The position numbers and the translations under genes were made by a program. Positions 12,328 through 23,603 of a DNA stretch of 64,000 nt are shown piece after piece (positions within the stretch are counted from its first letter, which is position 1; each line of letters begins with the position of its first letter). Source of the DNA: Mobula birostris (taxonomy: Eukaryota); NCBI RefSeq assembly GCF_030028105.1, contig NC_092371.1, positions 126,945,343 through 127,009,342 of the forward strand, written 5' to 3'. The notes beneath the pieces were generated by a model that was not told the DNA's origin, made no database searches, and saw nothing but the letters and a program-made list of their open reading frames with translations.

Positions 12328-12812
12328 CGAGGGGTGATTGATAAGTTTGTGGCCTAAGGTAGAAAGAGTCAATTTTAGAAAACCTAGCACATCTACTTTT
12401 CAACATAGTTCCCTCCTACATGTACACACTTAGTCCAGTGGTCGTGGAGCAGATGGATCCCTTCTTTGTAGAAGCTGTCCACAGCAGGGGTGATTGATAA
12501 GTTCATGGCCTAAGGTAGAAGGGGATGAGTTATACAGCTCTCGTTACATGCATTTGCAGACCAACTCTTTGAGTGAAAATGTAGAGAGTTTGAAGTTTCT
12601 CCTCATCTCTTTCTATCTTAGGCCACAAACTTATCAATCACCCCTGCTGTGGACAACCTCTGGAGGTCCAAGACGCCGACTTCTACAAAGAAGGGATTCG
12701 TATGCTCCACGACTGCTGCACCAAGTATGTAAATGTAGGAAAAATAAATGTGCCAGGTTTTCTAAAATTGATTCCTTCTACTTTAGGCCACAAACTTATC
12801 AATCACCCCTTG
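12328..12812. mobile_element. Mariner-type MITE
   Basis: TA|cgaggggtgattgataagtttgtggcctaagg ... ttaggccacaaacttatcaatcaccccttg|TA. Confidence 0.85.
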
Positions 12813-13019
12813 TATCTTGTTCGATGAAGTATTCTGATTTGTTTAAATAATTCATTATGGGTTATGTATATAAATACATGAATTGCAGATGTCATTACAC
12901 TACCACATGATATGAGTGCACCTCACTTGATGTAAACACAAGCTCAGACTCATAGTTTGGACTCCCATGTCTTCCTTTGAATTAGTTTAAAGTCTTGAAA
13001 CTACAAAGCATAACACCTA

Positions 13020-14340
13020 CCATTAAAACAATTCTGTATCAACCAAGCTATTTCTATCTGGATTCCATGCAATCTAACTTCCCATACCAGTCTACTACAC
13101 AGAACCTTATCAAAAACCTCACTGAGGTCCCCACACACCATGTGTACCACCCGGACCTCAATGCCCTGCTTGGTTATTTCTTCAGAAAACACAAATTCAT
13201 GCGACACAATTTCTCATGCACAAATCTACACGGACTATCCCTGAACAATCACTGTCTTTCCAAATGCTTATCACTTTGAATCTCCTCCAGTAACTTAAGT
13301 ACCTCAATTGTTAGTGTGGTATATTTAATATTTCAGTTGGATTTGTGTGATTTTGTAAAATGGAGGTAAATATATATTGTTTAATTGAACATTTTTATTT
13401 ATGTAAATAATAAATGAATCGCATACATCACGAAGCTACCACCTGATAATTGTGTGCCTCGCTTACAGTAAAGACAACGTTACCTTCATTCTGGTCTCCC
13501 TTTTTTTCTTCCAATTAGTTTTATAATTTGGAGTTACAAAACATTGCTGTTATTCTTACTGGTCTATAAACAAAGTTTTTCTTTGCAGCTCTTCTTACAT
13601 AAGGGCAAACACTGGCCACCTCCAGTCCTTTGGCACCTTGTTGTTGTTCATTCATTAAGTCGAGTCCAACTCATCGTGATCTCATGGACCATAGGGTCCA
13701 TAGGGTTTTCATGACAAGATACAAAAGTAGATTGCCAGGCCTTTCTTCTGCACAGATACTGCTGCTGCCCAGGTTGCGACCCGGCTGGGTTTGAACTCAG
13801 GACCATCTGCCTTGAAGTCCAGTGCTGATGCAACAACGCCACCAACTGACATCTTAGCTGTGCTTAATAATAATGTGAACAGTTTATCTCAGCCAAGGCT
13901 CCCAAAGTGCTTTTATTTCCCCAGCATCCCCGGTGTCCTTGTATATACCTTACTGAACCTTGGAGATTTATCCACCTTCATACATTTTAAGACATCCAGC
14001 ATCTTCTCTGCTGTAATACTGATAATCCTCAAGACATCCTCATCGACTAACTAGAGTTCCAAAGTCATCAGATCTTCCCTTGCAGTAAAAATGAGGAGAA
14101 ACATTCATAAAGGATCTCACCATTTCCTGCGGCTTCACAAGTGGATGTTCATTTGATCTTTGAGTGGTCCTAATCAACCTATGGTTACTTTTACCCTTCT
14201 TGTTTTTACAAAATCTCCTTGGTTTCTCCTTAATCTTCTCTGCCAAAGCTATCTCATTCCTCTTTTTGATGTCTGATTTCATTCTTGAGTTACTCCGGGA
14301 GTCATTTATTTGATCCCAGGTGCCTGTATCTGTTTCATTT
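13020..14340 (-). mobile_element. CR1 ORF2 fragments, interrupted by a short LTR-like repeat (~13310-13545) and a SINE
   Basis: QHEF-like HEFV, DLSEVFDKVL..RLHGIQ, and EIALAEKIKEKPRRF motifs. Confidence 0.6.
13640..13846 (-). mobile_element. tRNA-derived SINE with RTE-like tail
   Basis: Minus strand has ggtggcgttgttgcatcagcactgga (A box) and gagttcaaaccc (B box); related copy at 35547-35795. Confidence 0.65.
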
Positions 14341-14341
14341 T

Positions 14342-14600
14342 GGGGCAGCACAGTAACATAGTGGTTAGCACAGAACTTTAGTCTACAGGTAACCCAGGTT
14401 CAATTCCCACCACTACCTGTAAGGAGTACACTCCATGACTGTGTGGGTTTCCTCCCACAGATGTACCCATTGGTGGGTTAATTGATCATTGCAAATTGTC
14501 CTGTGATTAATCTGGGATTGAAGTGGGGACTTGTAGGTCGCATGGCTCAAAGGGCTGGAAGGGCCTAGGGTGCATTGTAGCTCAATAAATAAATAAAATA
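14342..14600 (+). mobile_element. tRNA-derived SINE
   Basis: A box tagtggttagc, B box ggttcaattcc, (AAAT)n tail. Confidence 0.75.
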
Positions 14601-15129
14601 TCCTGACCAGAACCTCAATAACATTAGGAATTGAGGTCAAAGACCTTAAATCGGATTTGGGAAAACAATTAAAAGAAAGGCAGTTTTATGTTGTAGAGAA
14701 GGTGAAAGGAAGTAGGTTTTGCACACATGGAATATATGCTTTTCTGTGAAACAAGGTGAAATGGGTTAACAGGAGTATTTGAAAAGTGTTTATTCTTCTT
14801 TGTCTCTGTTCAATGTTATCAGGTGTACAGAACAGATTTGCTTCTATTACAAGACCTAGGTTTCAGAATTGTATATCAGTGTTGTGATGATGGCAGCCAT
14901 GTACACCTGGATTTTTGTAGACAGACGTAGCTACTGGTACTTCCATGGATGTTTTCGCAAGCCCCTGAAGGCACTGCTGGCTTTGGCGAATCAAGGCCTG
15001 ACTGAGCAGATGTGTTATCATCAGCAGGTAAGAACGGCGGGAAGAATTTGAAAGGAGTGCATTTTTTCTTCAGCGGTTTGATCAAAGCATGACTGTGCAA
15101 GCGTGTGGTCATCAGAGAGTTAGACCAGC

Positions 15130-15733
15130 AGGAAGAATTAAAAAAGATGTCAGGTTTATAGATTGGGCTCTGGAGTAGAGGGAGTCAGAGTAGGAGGGCT
15201 TTGGCTCAATGGGTTGAGGTGAGGTAAGTTACTTGTGAAGAATAGCAATAGGAAGTATGTCTGCAAGGCTGGTGTTCTGTACTGGGTGTCAGATGTGGGA
15301 TGCCCAGGAGAATCCCAGCCTCCTGGATGGCCACATCTGAGGCAGGTTTGTGGAGCTGCAGCTCTTTAGGGACCACGTTAGGGAACTGGAGATGCAGCTC
15401 GATGACTTTCATCTGGTCAGGGTAAGTAAGGAGATGATAGAGAGGGGCTATAGGCAAGTAGTCTCACCGGTGCTTCAGGAGACAGATAAATGGGTAACAG
15501 TCAGGAGAGGGAAGGGCAAGGGTCAGACACTAGACAGTACCCCTGTGGCTGTCCCCCTTAAGAGTAAGTACTCCTGTTTGAGTACTGTTGGGGGGGGGAA
15601 ATGACCTACCCACGGGAAGCAACAGTGGCTGTGCCTCTGGCACAGTGTCTAGCCCTGTGGCTCAGAAGGGTAGGGAAAGGAAGAGGATGGCAGCAGTAAT
15701 TGGGGACTCTATAGTCAGACAGGTGATTCTGTG
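15130..15733 (+). mobile_element. CR1 5' UTR/ORF1 fragment
   Basis: CxxCQMW, LQLFRDHVRELEMQLDD, WVTVRRGKG, PVAVPL, AAVIGDSIVR. Confidence 0.75.
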
Positions 15734-15734
15734 A

Positions 15735-16475
15735 AACCCAATGGGCAACACCAGTGGTTCCAGTAGCCAAGAAGAGTGGGTCTCTGAGGATCTGTGGTGA
15801 TTTTAAGGCTACCATTAACCCAGTACTTAAAATAGATTAATACCTTCTGCCCAGGATAGAGGGTAACTTTGCAAACCTTTCTGGACAAAAACATTTCAGC
15901 AAAGTGGACTTAGTTGAGGCCTACATACAGATCAAGATGGAAGGAGAGTCCAAAGTGTTTCTACCATAACACTCACAAAGGGCCTTATCGCTATGATGGG
16001 CTTATTTTTGCAGCAGCATCTGCACCTGCACTCTGGCAGAAAGCTATGGACCAGGTGTTGCAAGGTTGCTCAGGCACTCCGTGTTACCTGGGTGACATCA
16101 CTGTTACTAGTAAGAATGACAAGGAACATCTCCAAAACCTCAAGGTAGTATTAAAAAGATTGGAAGATTATGGGCTCAGAGTATGATGTGACAGTATGAA
16201 TTCTTTAAACCAAACATCACTTACTGCGGTCACGCTACTGACACACAAGCATTACACAAGTGTGCTGAGAAAAGTCAAGCAGTGGTAAATGCCCCAAAGA
16301 CAAAGGATGTGTCACAGTTGTGGTCCTCTTTAGGATTTGTCGATAAATATAATAGGTTCTTGCCAAACCTGGCTACTGGGCTCCACCTCTGAATTCATTA
16401 AGGTAAACTGGTAAGAAATTACAATGGACAAAGCTGTGTGAGGTGGCTTTCAAAAAGGTCAAGGAAATGGTAACA
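15735..16475 (+). mobile_element. Gypsy reverse-transcriptase fragment
   Basis: [64 protein letters not shown]. Confidence 0.85.
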
Positions 16476-17365
16476 TACTTCTTTACAATTGACTCCAACT
16501 ACTGAGGTCAGGCTAACTGTCCTACAATTTCCTTTCATATGCCTCTCTCCCTTCTTCAGTGCAAGGAGTAAGTAGAGTATGGGTGAGGAATTTAATGCAC
16601 GGATCAGCAATGGAACCATGTTTTTTTGTGACAATTTCAGACCTGTTTAATATTCTAGAGTTTTGATATTCCAGAGGTGAGAAGGGAAGTTAAAAAGGCT
16701 AGTCTGCTTCAATCCGGGGAAGAAATCAAAGTACAGGCAGAGCCTTGTAAAAGTATTCAGCAACCAACCCCTGATTCACATAAATTATTACTATCAGGGG
16801 TTTTGATAAATTAATATGATAATTTCTATTTATGGATCACATGCTCCTTTTTTTTCCACAGCAGGTGGTGGGGTGGAGATGCATTGTTACCGAAGGAGGT
16901 GTAAGGTGCACCTTCCGTCTACTAGCCTGCTGGTCACCATTGGGCAGGGTGTAGTATCTGCTTAGCCTCAGCCCCTGCCTCCCCGTGATCACGTGAAGCC
17001 ACGGGAGCCGGTGGGAGATGGCTGTGTGATCAGCTGGCGCATATCACAAGTCCTGGTTAGGCGACCACTCATACCAGGCAATCTCTGAAGAAAATCGTCG
17101 GAAACCACTGCTTTTTAAAATATTGTAATAAGATATTCGATGAATTAATGCAAGACCAAAGTTGTAGTTTAATCATTTGTACATTTTTAACGAACTAATG
17201 TATTGTTCACGGTACGTGGTGACGGTTTCTCCCCGCTTACTGGCAGAAAGTGATATAGCAGTCCATGCAACAGGTTATCACCTGCCTTGTTTTTCACTGG
17301 CTAAGTATTATCACAAAACCCACTGGATACTGCTACGCAACCTTTGATTGTTTTATTCGCTTCGG

Positions 17366-17744
17366 TGTAAGACTATTTCCAGTAAAGAGTTAAAAGAGCT
17401 GCATCTACTGCTAAAGGCTTGGTGTCCCTGAGAAAAGGATTAATTAAAGTTTCTCATCTGCATACCAGAGAATATAGATTTGGCCAAATCCCTCATTAAA
17501 GTGATAATTAAAGCTGCACAAATAGTAGGAGGATGATCCACGAATCAATTCTTTGTCTTGCTGATGGGCGGGTGGGGGGGGTGGTGGTGGGTGGTGGTTT
17601 TGCTCACTTGTTTGCTACTTGATATAAAGACAAGCTTTCTCTTTATACCTCAGAGTTCACACTTGAACTCTCCATATCATGATAAATCAAGAGATTCGAC
17701 ATTTGAAGTCTGAATTCGTGCTTTATTCTTAAAATTCCCTGACA
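17366..17744 (+). mobile_element. ERV 5' LTR
   Basis: Homologous to 21368-21734; TATAAA at ~17623; ends aaaattccctgaca and is followed by a PBS. Confidence 0.75.
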
Positions 17745-17747
17745 AAT

Positions 17748-17766
17748 TGGCACAGTCAATCAGGAT
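17748..17766 (+). promoter_or_regulatory. Primer-binding site, tRNA-Ser-like
   Basis: tggcacagtcaatcaggat lies 3 nt after the LTR and resembles TGGCGTAGTCGGCAGGAT (complement of tRNA-Ser 3' end) with transitions and a 1-nt insertion. Confidence 0.65.
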
Positions 17767-17804
17767 CCCTACAAAACAGGATTGAACAATGAAGAAACTG
17801 CGGG

Positions 17805-19960
17805 AAGATTTCTTGGCCTGTGGCTGGATAATAAACTGACATGGAAGCACCATATCAGTAAGATAATTAACAAATGTAAAGGGGCATTAAACCTCACATG
17901 TCTATGTGGGCAAGCTTGGGGTGCAACACAAAAATCTCTGTTGACCACTTATGTCTGTTTAATTTGATCTGTATTTGATTATGGCTGTGTGGTTTATGAA
18001 TTAGCTTCATCTTCAGATTTAAAATTTGGACATGAAACAAGAACATGTTTTAAGACTGCGTTGTAGTGCAGTAAAGTCGTCCCATTTCAACTTTACTGGT
18101 TGAAATGGGATAATTACCTTTATAGTTGTGGAGGTGGAAGTTGTTGTTAACATACTGGATAAAGTTGAGGGGGCAGAGGAATATTCATCCTGTTGAAAGT
18201 GTGTTGGAAGGCTGCTGGGAACATCACAAGAAGAATGTTTTTAGTTTTGGGTGGCTGAGTTCTTATCACACTATAAATATGAGTTCGCTGGATTGTGCGA
18301 TATGTCCCACTGTGGTTTATTCAGTAAGCCCACCTTGGTTTTCCCAATGACTTTAGTTTGATTTTAGGTTGCATGATTTAATGAAGTCCAAGGATCCTGA
18401 AATGACTGAGAGTCTGTTGGTTCATCAATATGTTAAGGAAAATTATTGTGATATGTTAACCACTTTTACTGATGGATCAAAAGATAATTTAACAGGGAAT
18501 GTCGTTGTGGCTGAATTACAGGTAACAATAAAGAAACTTCTTACTAACCATTTATCAGAATATACTTGGGCTTACAGTGGCTGGAGGAAATCTGTCCTTG
18601 CAAAGTTATAATTTGTTCAGATTCTTTGTCTGTTTTGACTAGTCTTAAAACAGGTCATTCTAACAGTATGTAACCCTCAGGCGTATCAGGCACGTGTTTG
18701 TCTAGGGGAAGACGGCCTCTGGCCCCGCCAACTGAGAAATCTCATTTGTGTGGATGCTGTGTGATGTGTTGCCTGGTTACAAATCCGCACTGCAAAATAT
18801 CATACAGTACACCATATGCAATTAAATGTTTGAACTTTATAAATCTTAATCTGAATATAGGGTTAGTAAAGAAAAAAAGGGGCCATTTCAAGGAACAAGT
18901 CAAAAGTGCACATTGGAGCTCACTGATACGGCCATTTGGCAACCATCTTTGGTCCCTCGCTGCCAGTCTGCTCTGTCTGGTGGTCTACCAACTCTCTCCA
19001 CTTGCGTCTTCCTTCTGCATCTCTCCCCGACAAAAGACCGTGAAAATCCCTCTTGCAGACCCACAAGAAAGAACACCCCTCTCATTGGCTAACATACATT
19101 CCAAAGTCCCTGTTATCTCTAGTCATAACCTAAACATTGCTGCTATAGAGAAACCATTACCTTAGCCTTAGCAGTGAAACATTACAGAGGGGCCATTACA
19201 TTAGCTGTGAAACCTTACAGCATGTTACAAATAGGTCAGATTTACAGCCGGAAGCTGCTGGAATATTTCATATTCAAAGTATTGGTCTACATGTCCTCTT
19301 TTTATGGGTCTTTGCATATAGAGGTGTTGAAGGGAATGAGCAGGTTGATTTTCGGCCAAAAAGTTCATCTACGGATATAGACTTTCCACTTAGCAAATCA
19401 GAAACTAAGGGGTTGCTGGGGCTAAGAATCACGGGATTACGGCAAGACCTGTGGGATAATGGGCATGAGGGGAGACACTTTACAGAATACAGAAAACTGC
19501 TGGGTTTATGGGAGAAAAGGGTAAGACATAAAGGGAAGGAATTATATTGACTCGACTTAGAATTGGGCATAACTATTCCTTATATTTTGTTGGAACACAT
19601 AACTCTGGCGTGTGTAGGTTTTGTCATCATTATGAAACAGTAGAACACATTATTTTACAATGTGAAGCATATAAAGTTGAAAGAAAGCAAATGCAGGCTT
19701 CACTACTAGCTTTGGGAATTGACAGTTTTCATTAAAATCTTTACCAAGTTATGGAAGTGATTTTAATTTAATTCACAATATTGTCTTTCATTATTTACAA
19801 TCTATAGGGCTTTTGGGGGTAACTTAGTTTTCATTTGATAAACAAACAGTAACAGTTTTATTTTCCAACTCTCCAGACCACACTCCAATCCAGTTGGTGG
19901 CGGTAATGCACCTTCAATTTGGACTGCCAACCACCATTAAAAGTCAGTGGAAAAAGAAGT
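17805..19960 (+). mobile_element. I-group (Nimb-like) LINE 3' part with RNase H and CCHC
   Basis: RFLGLWLDNKLTWKHHI, FTDGSK (RNase H), TRLRIGH..CRFCHHYETVEHIILQC; 3' ggtggcggtaatgcacc..aagaag; TSD-like aactgcggg / aacttaggg. Confidence 0.85.
18669..19229 (-). mobile_element. Gypsy solo LTR (same family as 22721-23286)
   Basis: tgtaac...gttaca termini; 4-bp flanks agta/aata; collinear with 22721-23286. Confidence 0.85.
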
Positions 19961-20514
19961 AACTTAGGGTCACAACGACAACTTTGAGTGAGCACACCCG
20001 TTGCATGATCTGCTTTGAGCCCCTCTGATGCTAGCCCTGATCAGGTAGAAAAGGTGGGACCTACAAGACTAAGTAGGAATGACCGCATCAAGGTAACCTA
20101 GAGTAAGCCCCTTCGTTGCATGATCGCTTTGAGCCCCCCCCCCCCCACCTTACCCTGGAACATGATCTGGCAGGAAAGACGGGAGAGGCAAGCCCCACAC
20201 TCTGCGTGCATTTGTGCTGGTGACTGAATGTATTTTTCGTTACAGGACCAGATAAGTAGATTGAAGGAGGGTGGGAAGTATGATAAGAGAAATACAGCTA
20301 GAGAGTTCCCTCTAAAGCTAATGAAGAAAACGAGAAAGAAGCATCAGAAGGTTGAACGAGTGAAGAAATCCCTGGGAGAGCCACTGGTGTGACGAAGCTC
20401 CCTTGCTGGGAGAGCTGCTGGTACCGCTAGGCTCCCCTGCTGACAAGGTATGGTTAGAAAATGGAGATAGCAGGTATAGTATGTGATTTATTTAACTAGT
20501 GACTCATATTCATA

Positions 20515-20985
20515 TTCTCCAACTTCCGGTTTGGTATGAACATAGAATTCGCCAACTTCTGGCTTGGTATGAACATAGAATTCTCCAACTTCCGATAATT
20601 CCCTCCCTCTATCCCTATGTCACTCTGCCCCCTCCCCCAGCTGCCTACCACCTCCCTTTTGGTTCCGCCTCCTTCTACTACCCATTGTGTTTTCCCCTAT
20701 TCTTTCTTCAACTTTCTTGCCTATCACCTCCCTGCCTCCCCTCTCCCACCCCTTTATCTTTCCCCTTACTGGTTTTTCACCTGGAACCTACCAGCCTTCT
20801 CCTTCCCACCCTCCCCCTACCTTCTTTACAGGGCCTCTGCCCCTTCCCCCTACAGTCCTGACAAAGGGTTCTGGACCGAAATGTCGACCGATCTTTTCCA
20901 CGGATGCTGCCCGACATGCTGAGTTCCTCCAGCGTGTTGTGAGTGTTGCTTTGACCCCAGCATCTGCAGATTATTTTGTGTTTGT
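20515..20985 (+). mobile_element. Penelope-like element 3'/terminal-repeat fragment
   Basis: Pyrimidine-rich tract and gatgctgcc..gctgagttcctccagc..catctgcaga, the same repeat attached to the GIY-YIG fragment at 31460-32165. Confidence 0.65.
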
Positions 20986-21337
20986 GAAATATAGAGGCTA
21001 CTGTAAATTCTAAGACTTCTTCTAAAGTTTGGGATTTCTTTAGGTGGATTAAATCAGCACTTGGGGAAGAGATGTCTGTCTGGTTACAGCCCTCTTTCAT
21101 GGACCTATTGCCCTGATTTGCTTGGCTGTAGTCATTCACTGCATCTTGCAACTGTGCATTTGTCTGACTTGTACCCTTTCCCAGTCAAAGACAAGAGAGA
21201 CTCCCGCTTTACTTCATATGAGATTTCTGAATATGGAAAACAGTGAGGAAGAAAATAGTTATGATGCACAAGAATGTTTAAAACTGCGACCATTACCCCC
21301 ATTGTATGAGGCCCCTTTTGCAGACACCAATCCATAG
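20986..21337 (+). pseudogene. env: Retroviral env C-terminus (membrane-proximal region, TM helix, cytoplasmic tail)
   Basis: VWDFFRWIKSALGEE / FHGPIALICLAVVIHCILQLCICLTC..LRPLPPLYEAPFADTNP*; homologous to the ISD-bearing copy at 1161-5218; followed by PPT and LTR. Confidence 0.8.
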
Positions 21338-21367
21338 AGTTGATCTTCCAATTAAAAAGGAAAGAAT

Positions 21368-21734
21368 TATGGAAGAAAATTTTGAATGTATGATTAAAAG
21401 ATTTGCATCTATTGCTAAGGGCTTGGTGTCCTTGAGAACATCCAATTTTTATAATTAAAGTTTCTAGTCTGCATTCCCAAAATTATAGTTTTGGCCAAAT
21501 TTCTCATTAAAGTGATAACACAGCTGCACAAATAGTAGATGAATGAACTACAAATTAACTCTCTGTCTTGGAGGGAGAGAGTGGTTTTGCTCACTTGTCT
21601 GCTATGAGATATAAAGACAAACTTTCTCTTTGTACCTCAGAGTTCACATTTGAACTCACCATGATATCTTGCTAAATTAAAAGATTCACCACTTGAAGCC
21701 TGGTATTGAGCTTTATTTTAAAAATTCTCTGACA
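21368..21734 (+). mobile_element. ERV 3' LTR
   Basis: Preceded by PPT aaaaaggaaagaat; TATAAA at ~21610, ATTAAA at ~21676; ends ctctgaca. Confidence 0.75.
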
Positions 21735-22384
21735 GTAACTGAGGAATTTTCTATTATCTGTATTATTAAAGGTGATGGATTTTTCAGAGACGCCATCTTC
21801 ATCATCTTTTTATCTTCTCCATCTTTGCTTTATGTTGAATCTCTGCTTTGCTTCTCATCTCTTCACGTCCTTTCAAATATTTGTCTGTTTGTTTAAACAT
21901 TGAAATAAACGATAAGAATTAAATGGTTTTAATTCCTCACCATTCTTGAACCACGGAAGCACCCCTATGGATCAGAAAAATACCCGAGATCCAACATTAG
22001 TAAAGGCTGTGGTCACATGTATCGTAAATACACTGCCCAGAAGAAAATGAAAAACCATTTTGGTACAAAGATTTGTAAAAATCAGTCAGGGTCATGAAAA
22101 GACCATGATCGCCCACATATGAACAATTGCTCATTTCTTATTTGATCCACCTCTCACAGCTATTACAGCCAGATACATTTTGGATAAATCTCTATTAGCT
22201 TTGCACAACGTGATGAAGCAAGCTTTGCCTATTCCCCCTTGCAAAATTGCTCAAGCTGTGCTAGGTTAATTGGAAAGCGGTAGTGGAAAACAATCAAGTT
22301 CCTTCCAGAGATGTTCAATAGGATTAAGATCAGGACTCTGACTGGGCCACTCAAGAACATCAATTTTCTTCATTTCTCCTCTCA

Positions 22385-22600
22385 CGGGGTCATGAGAGTG
22401 TGAAATGAGCTGTCAGCACAAGTAGTGTATGCGAGCTTGATTTCAATATTGAAGAGAAGTTTGGATAGGTACATGGATAGAAGGGGTATGGAAGGCTATG
22501 GTCTGGGTGTAGGTCAACGGGTCTAGGCAGTTTAAATGGTTTGCCATGGACTAGATAGACTGAAGGGCTTATTTCTGTGCCGTATTTTTCTATGACTCTG
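22385..22600 (+). mobile_element. CR1 3' end fragment
   Basis: Typical CR1 3' end: tttggataggtacatggat..ctatgactct. Confidence 0.7.
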
Positions 22601-22720
22601 TTTGAAGCCATGGTCGCTCCAGTTCATCTCCAGCTGCAGCCTCTGACTTCTGCAGCTATTCTTCTCTAGCTCTTGCACCCTTCTCCAGCTTCTCTATTAT
22701 CAATTCCCTGACTTAACTTG

Positions 22721-23286
22721 TGTAACTCTCGCTTCGGCTAGCAGCTTAATGTAGGGGGTGATAGCCCCCGGCCCAGCCAAACTTAAGAAATCTCATTTGG
22801 GTGGATGCTGCACGGTAGGTACCCTGTTACAAATTAGTACCCTGAAATAACGAACAATACACAATATGCAATTAAATGATTAAGCTTTATAATTCTTACT
22901 TTGACTATGTGGTTAGTAAAGAAACGAAAAAAGAAAATAAAAAGGGCTCAATCTTATTAAATAGTCAGTTGCGCAATGTTGGACCTCACTGATAAGTCAA
23001 TAGTTCACCATCGACCTCCTCTGATCGTCGCTGCCCTTCGGACCCTCGCTCCAAGTCCACCCCACCCGGCAGTCTACTAACTCTCTCCATTTGCGTCTTC
23101 TCTCATCTCTCCCCCCGGCAAAAGACCGCAAAAATCTCTCTTCCAGCTCACTAGAAAGAACAACAGCATTCCTAACCCCGTTATCTCTAGTCATAACCCA
23201 AACATTGCTGCTACAGAGAAACGATTACATTATCAGTGAAACCTTACAGCATGTTACACAGCAGTGAAACCCTACAGAATGTTACA
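22721..23286 (-). mobile_element. Gypsy 3' LTR
   Basis: tgtaac..gttaca; PPT tggtggggggagag adjacent on the minus strand (23287-23300). Confidence 0.85.
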
Positions 23287-23603
23287 CTCTCCCCCCACCA
23301 AATTTAGTCATGTCCTTATGACGTTGACACTATTTACCAACCCTTCCTGTAAAACACAAAGCCCAATACAGGTATAAAAGGCAGTGACATAGCTCCACAA
23401 CACAGTAGGGGGTCACACTCTGTTCCCCTGGTGCTACATAGGCCAACCTACCCAATGGTCTCCCAATTCTCTGAGACTTCCACATTCCATCATCTAACTC
23501 TTCAGATTCCAACACTACTGGGGATACTTCCAGTCTACCTGGCGAGGCCTCCCCTGATCTATCACTCGTGCCCACCTGCAACTCAGAGCCCTCTGTTCCG
23601 TAA

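Larger units (their letters stand above)
17096..21996 (+). mobile_element. Solo LTR 'X' split by the ERV (17096-17365 and 21735-21996)
   Basis: Ends cgtcgga / tccaaca form a decayed tgttgga..tccaaca inverted repeat; AATAAA at ~21904. Confidence 0.45.
16862..22122 (+). mobile_element. SINE-like repeat split into 16862-17095 and 21997-22122
   Basis: Left piece ends aatctctgaagaaaat; right piece resumes (t)tgataatggctg..acactgcccagaaga, as read in the inverted copy. The two halves read as one continuous repeat. Confidence 0.5.
16735..22375 (-). mobile_element. Tc1 element split by nested insertions (TIR piece 16735-16860; transposase piece 22125-22375)
   Basis: cagagccttgtaaaagtattcagc resembles a Tc1 TIR; 22300-22360 minus encodes [17 protein letters not shown]. 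Confidence 0.6.

Noticed and set aside
14342-14420. tRNA gene
   Set aside because: A/B boxes continue into a SINE body and tail; no convincing cloverleaf.
20499-21013. Proline-rich ORFs
   Set aside because: Translations of the pyrimidine-rich Penelope terminal repeat.
21122-21337. Small secreted protein or cytokine with a signal peptide (MAVVIHCILQLCICLT..)
   Set aside because: The start is TTG inside the Env TM helix, and the homologous copy links it to an ISD and LTR.
21368-21996. Single ~630-bp ERV LTR
   Set aside because: Homology to the 5' LTR stops at ctgaca (21734/17744), where the PBS follows; 21735-21996 fits better as part of a separate element.
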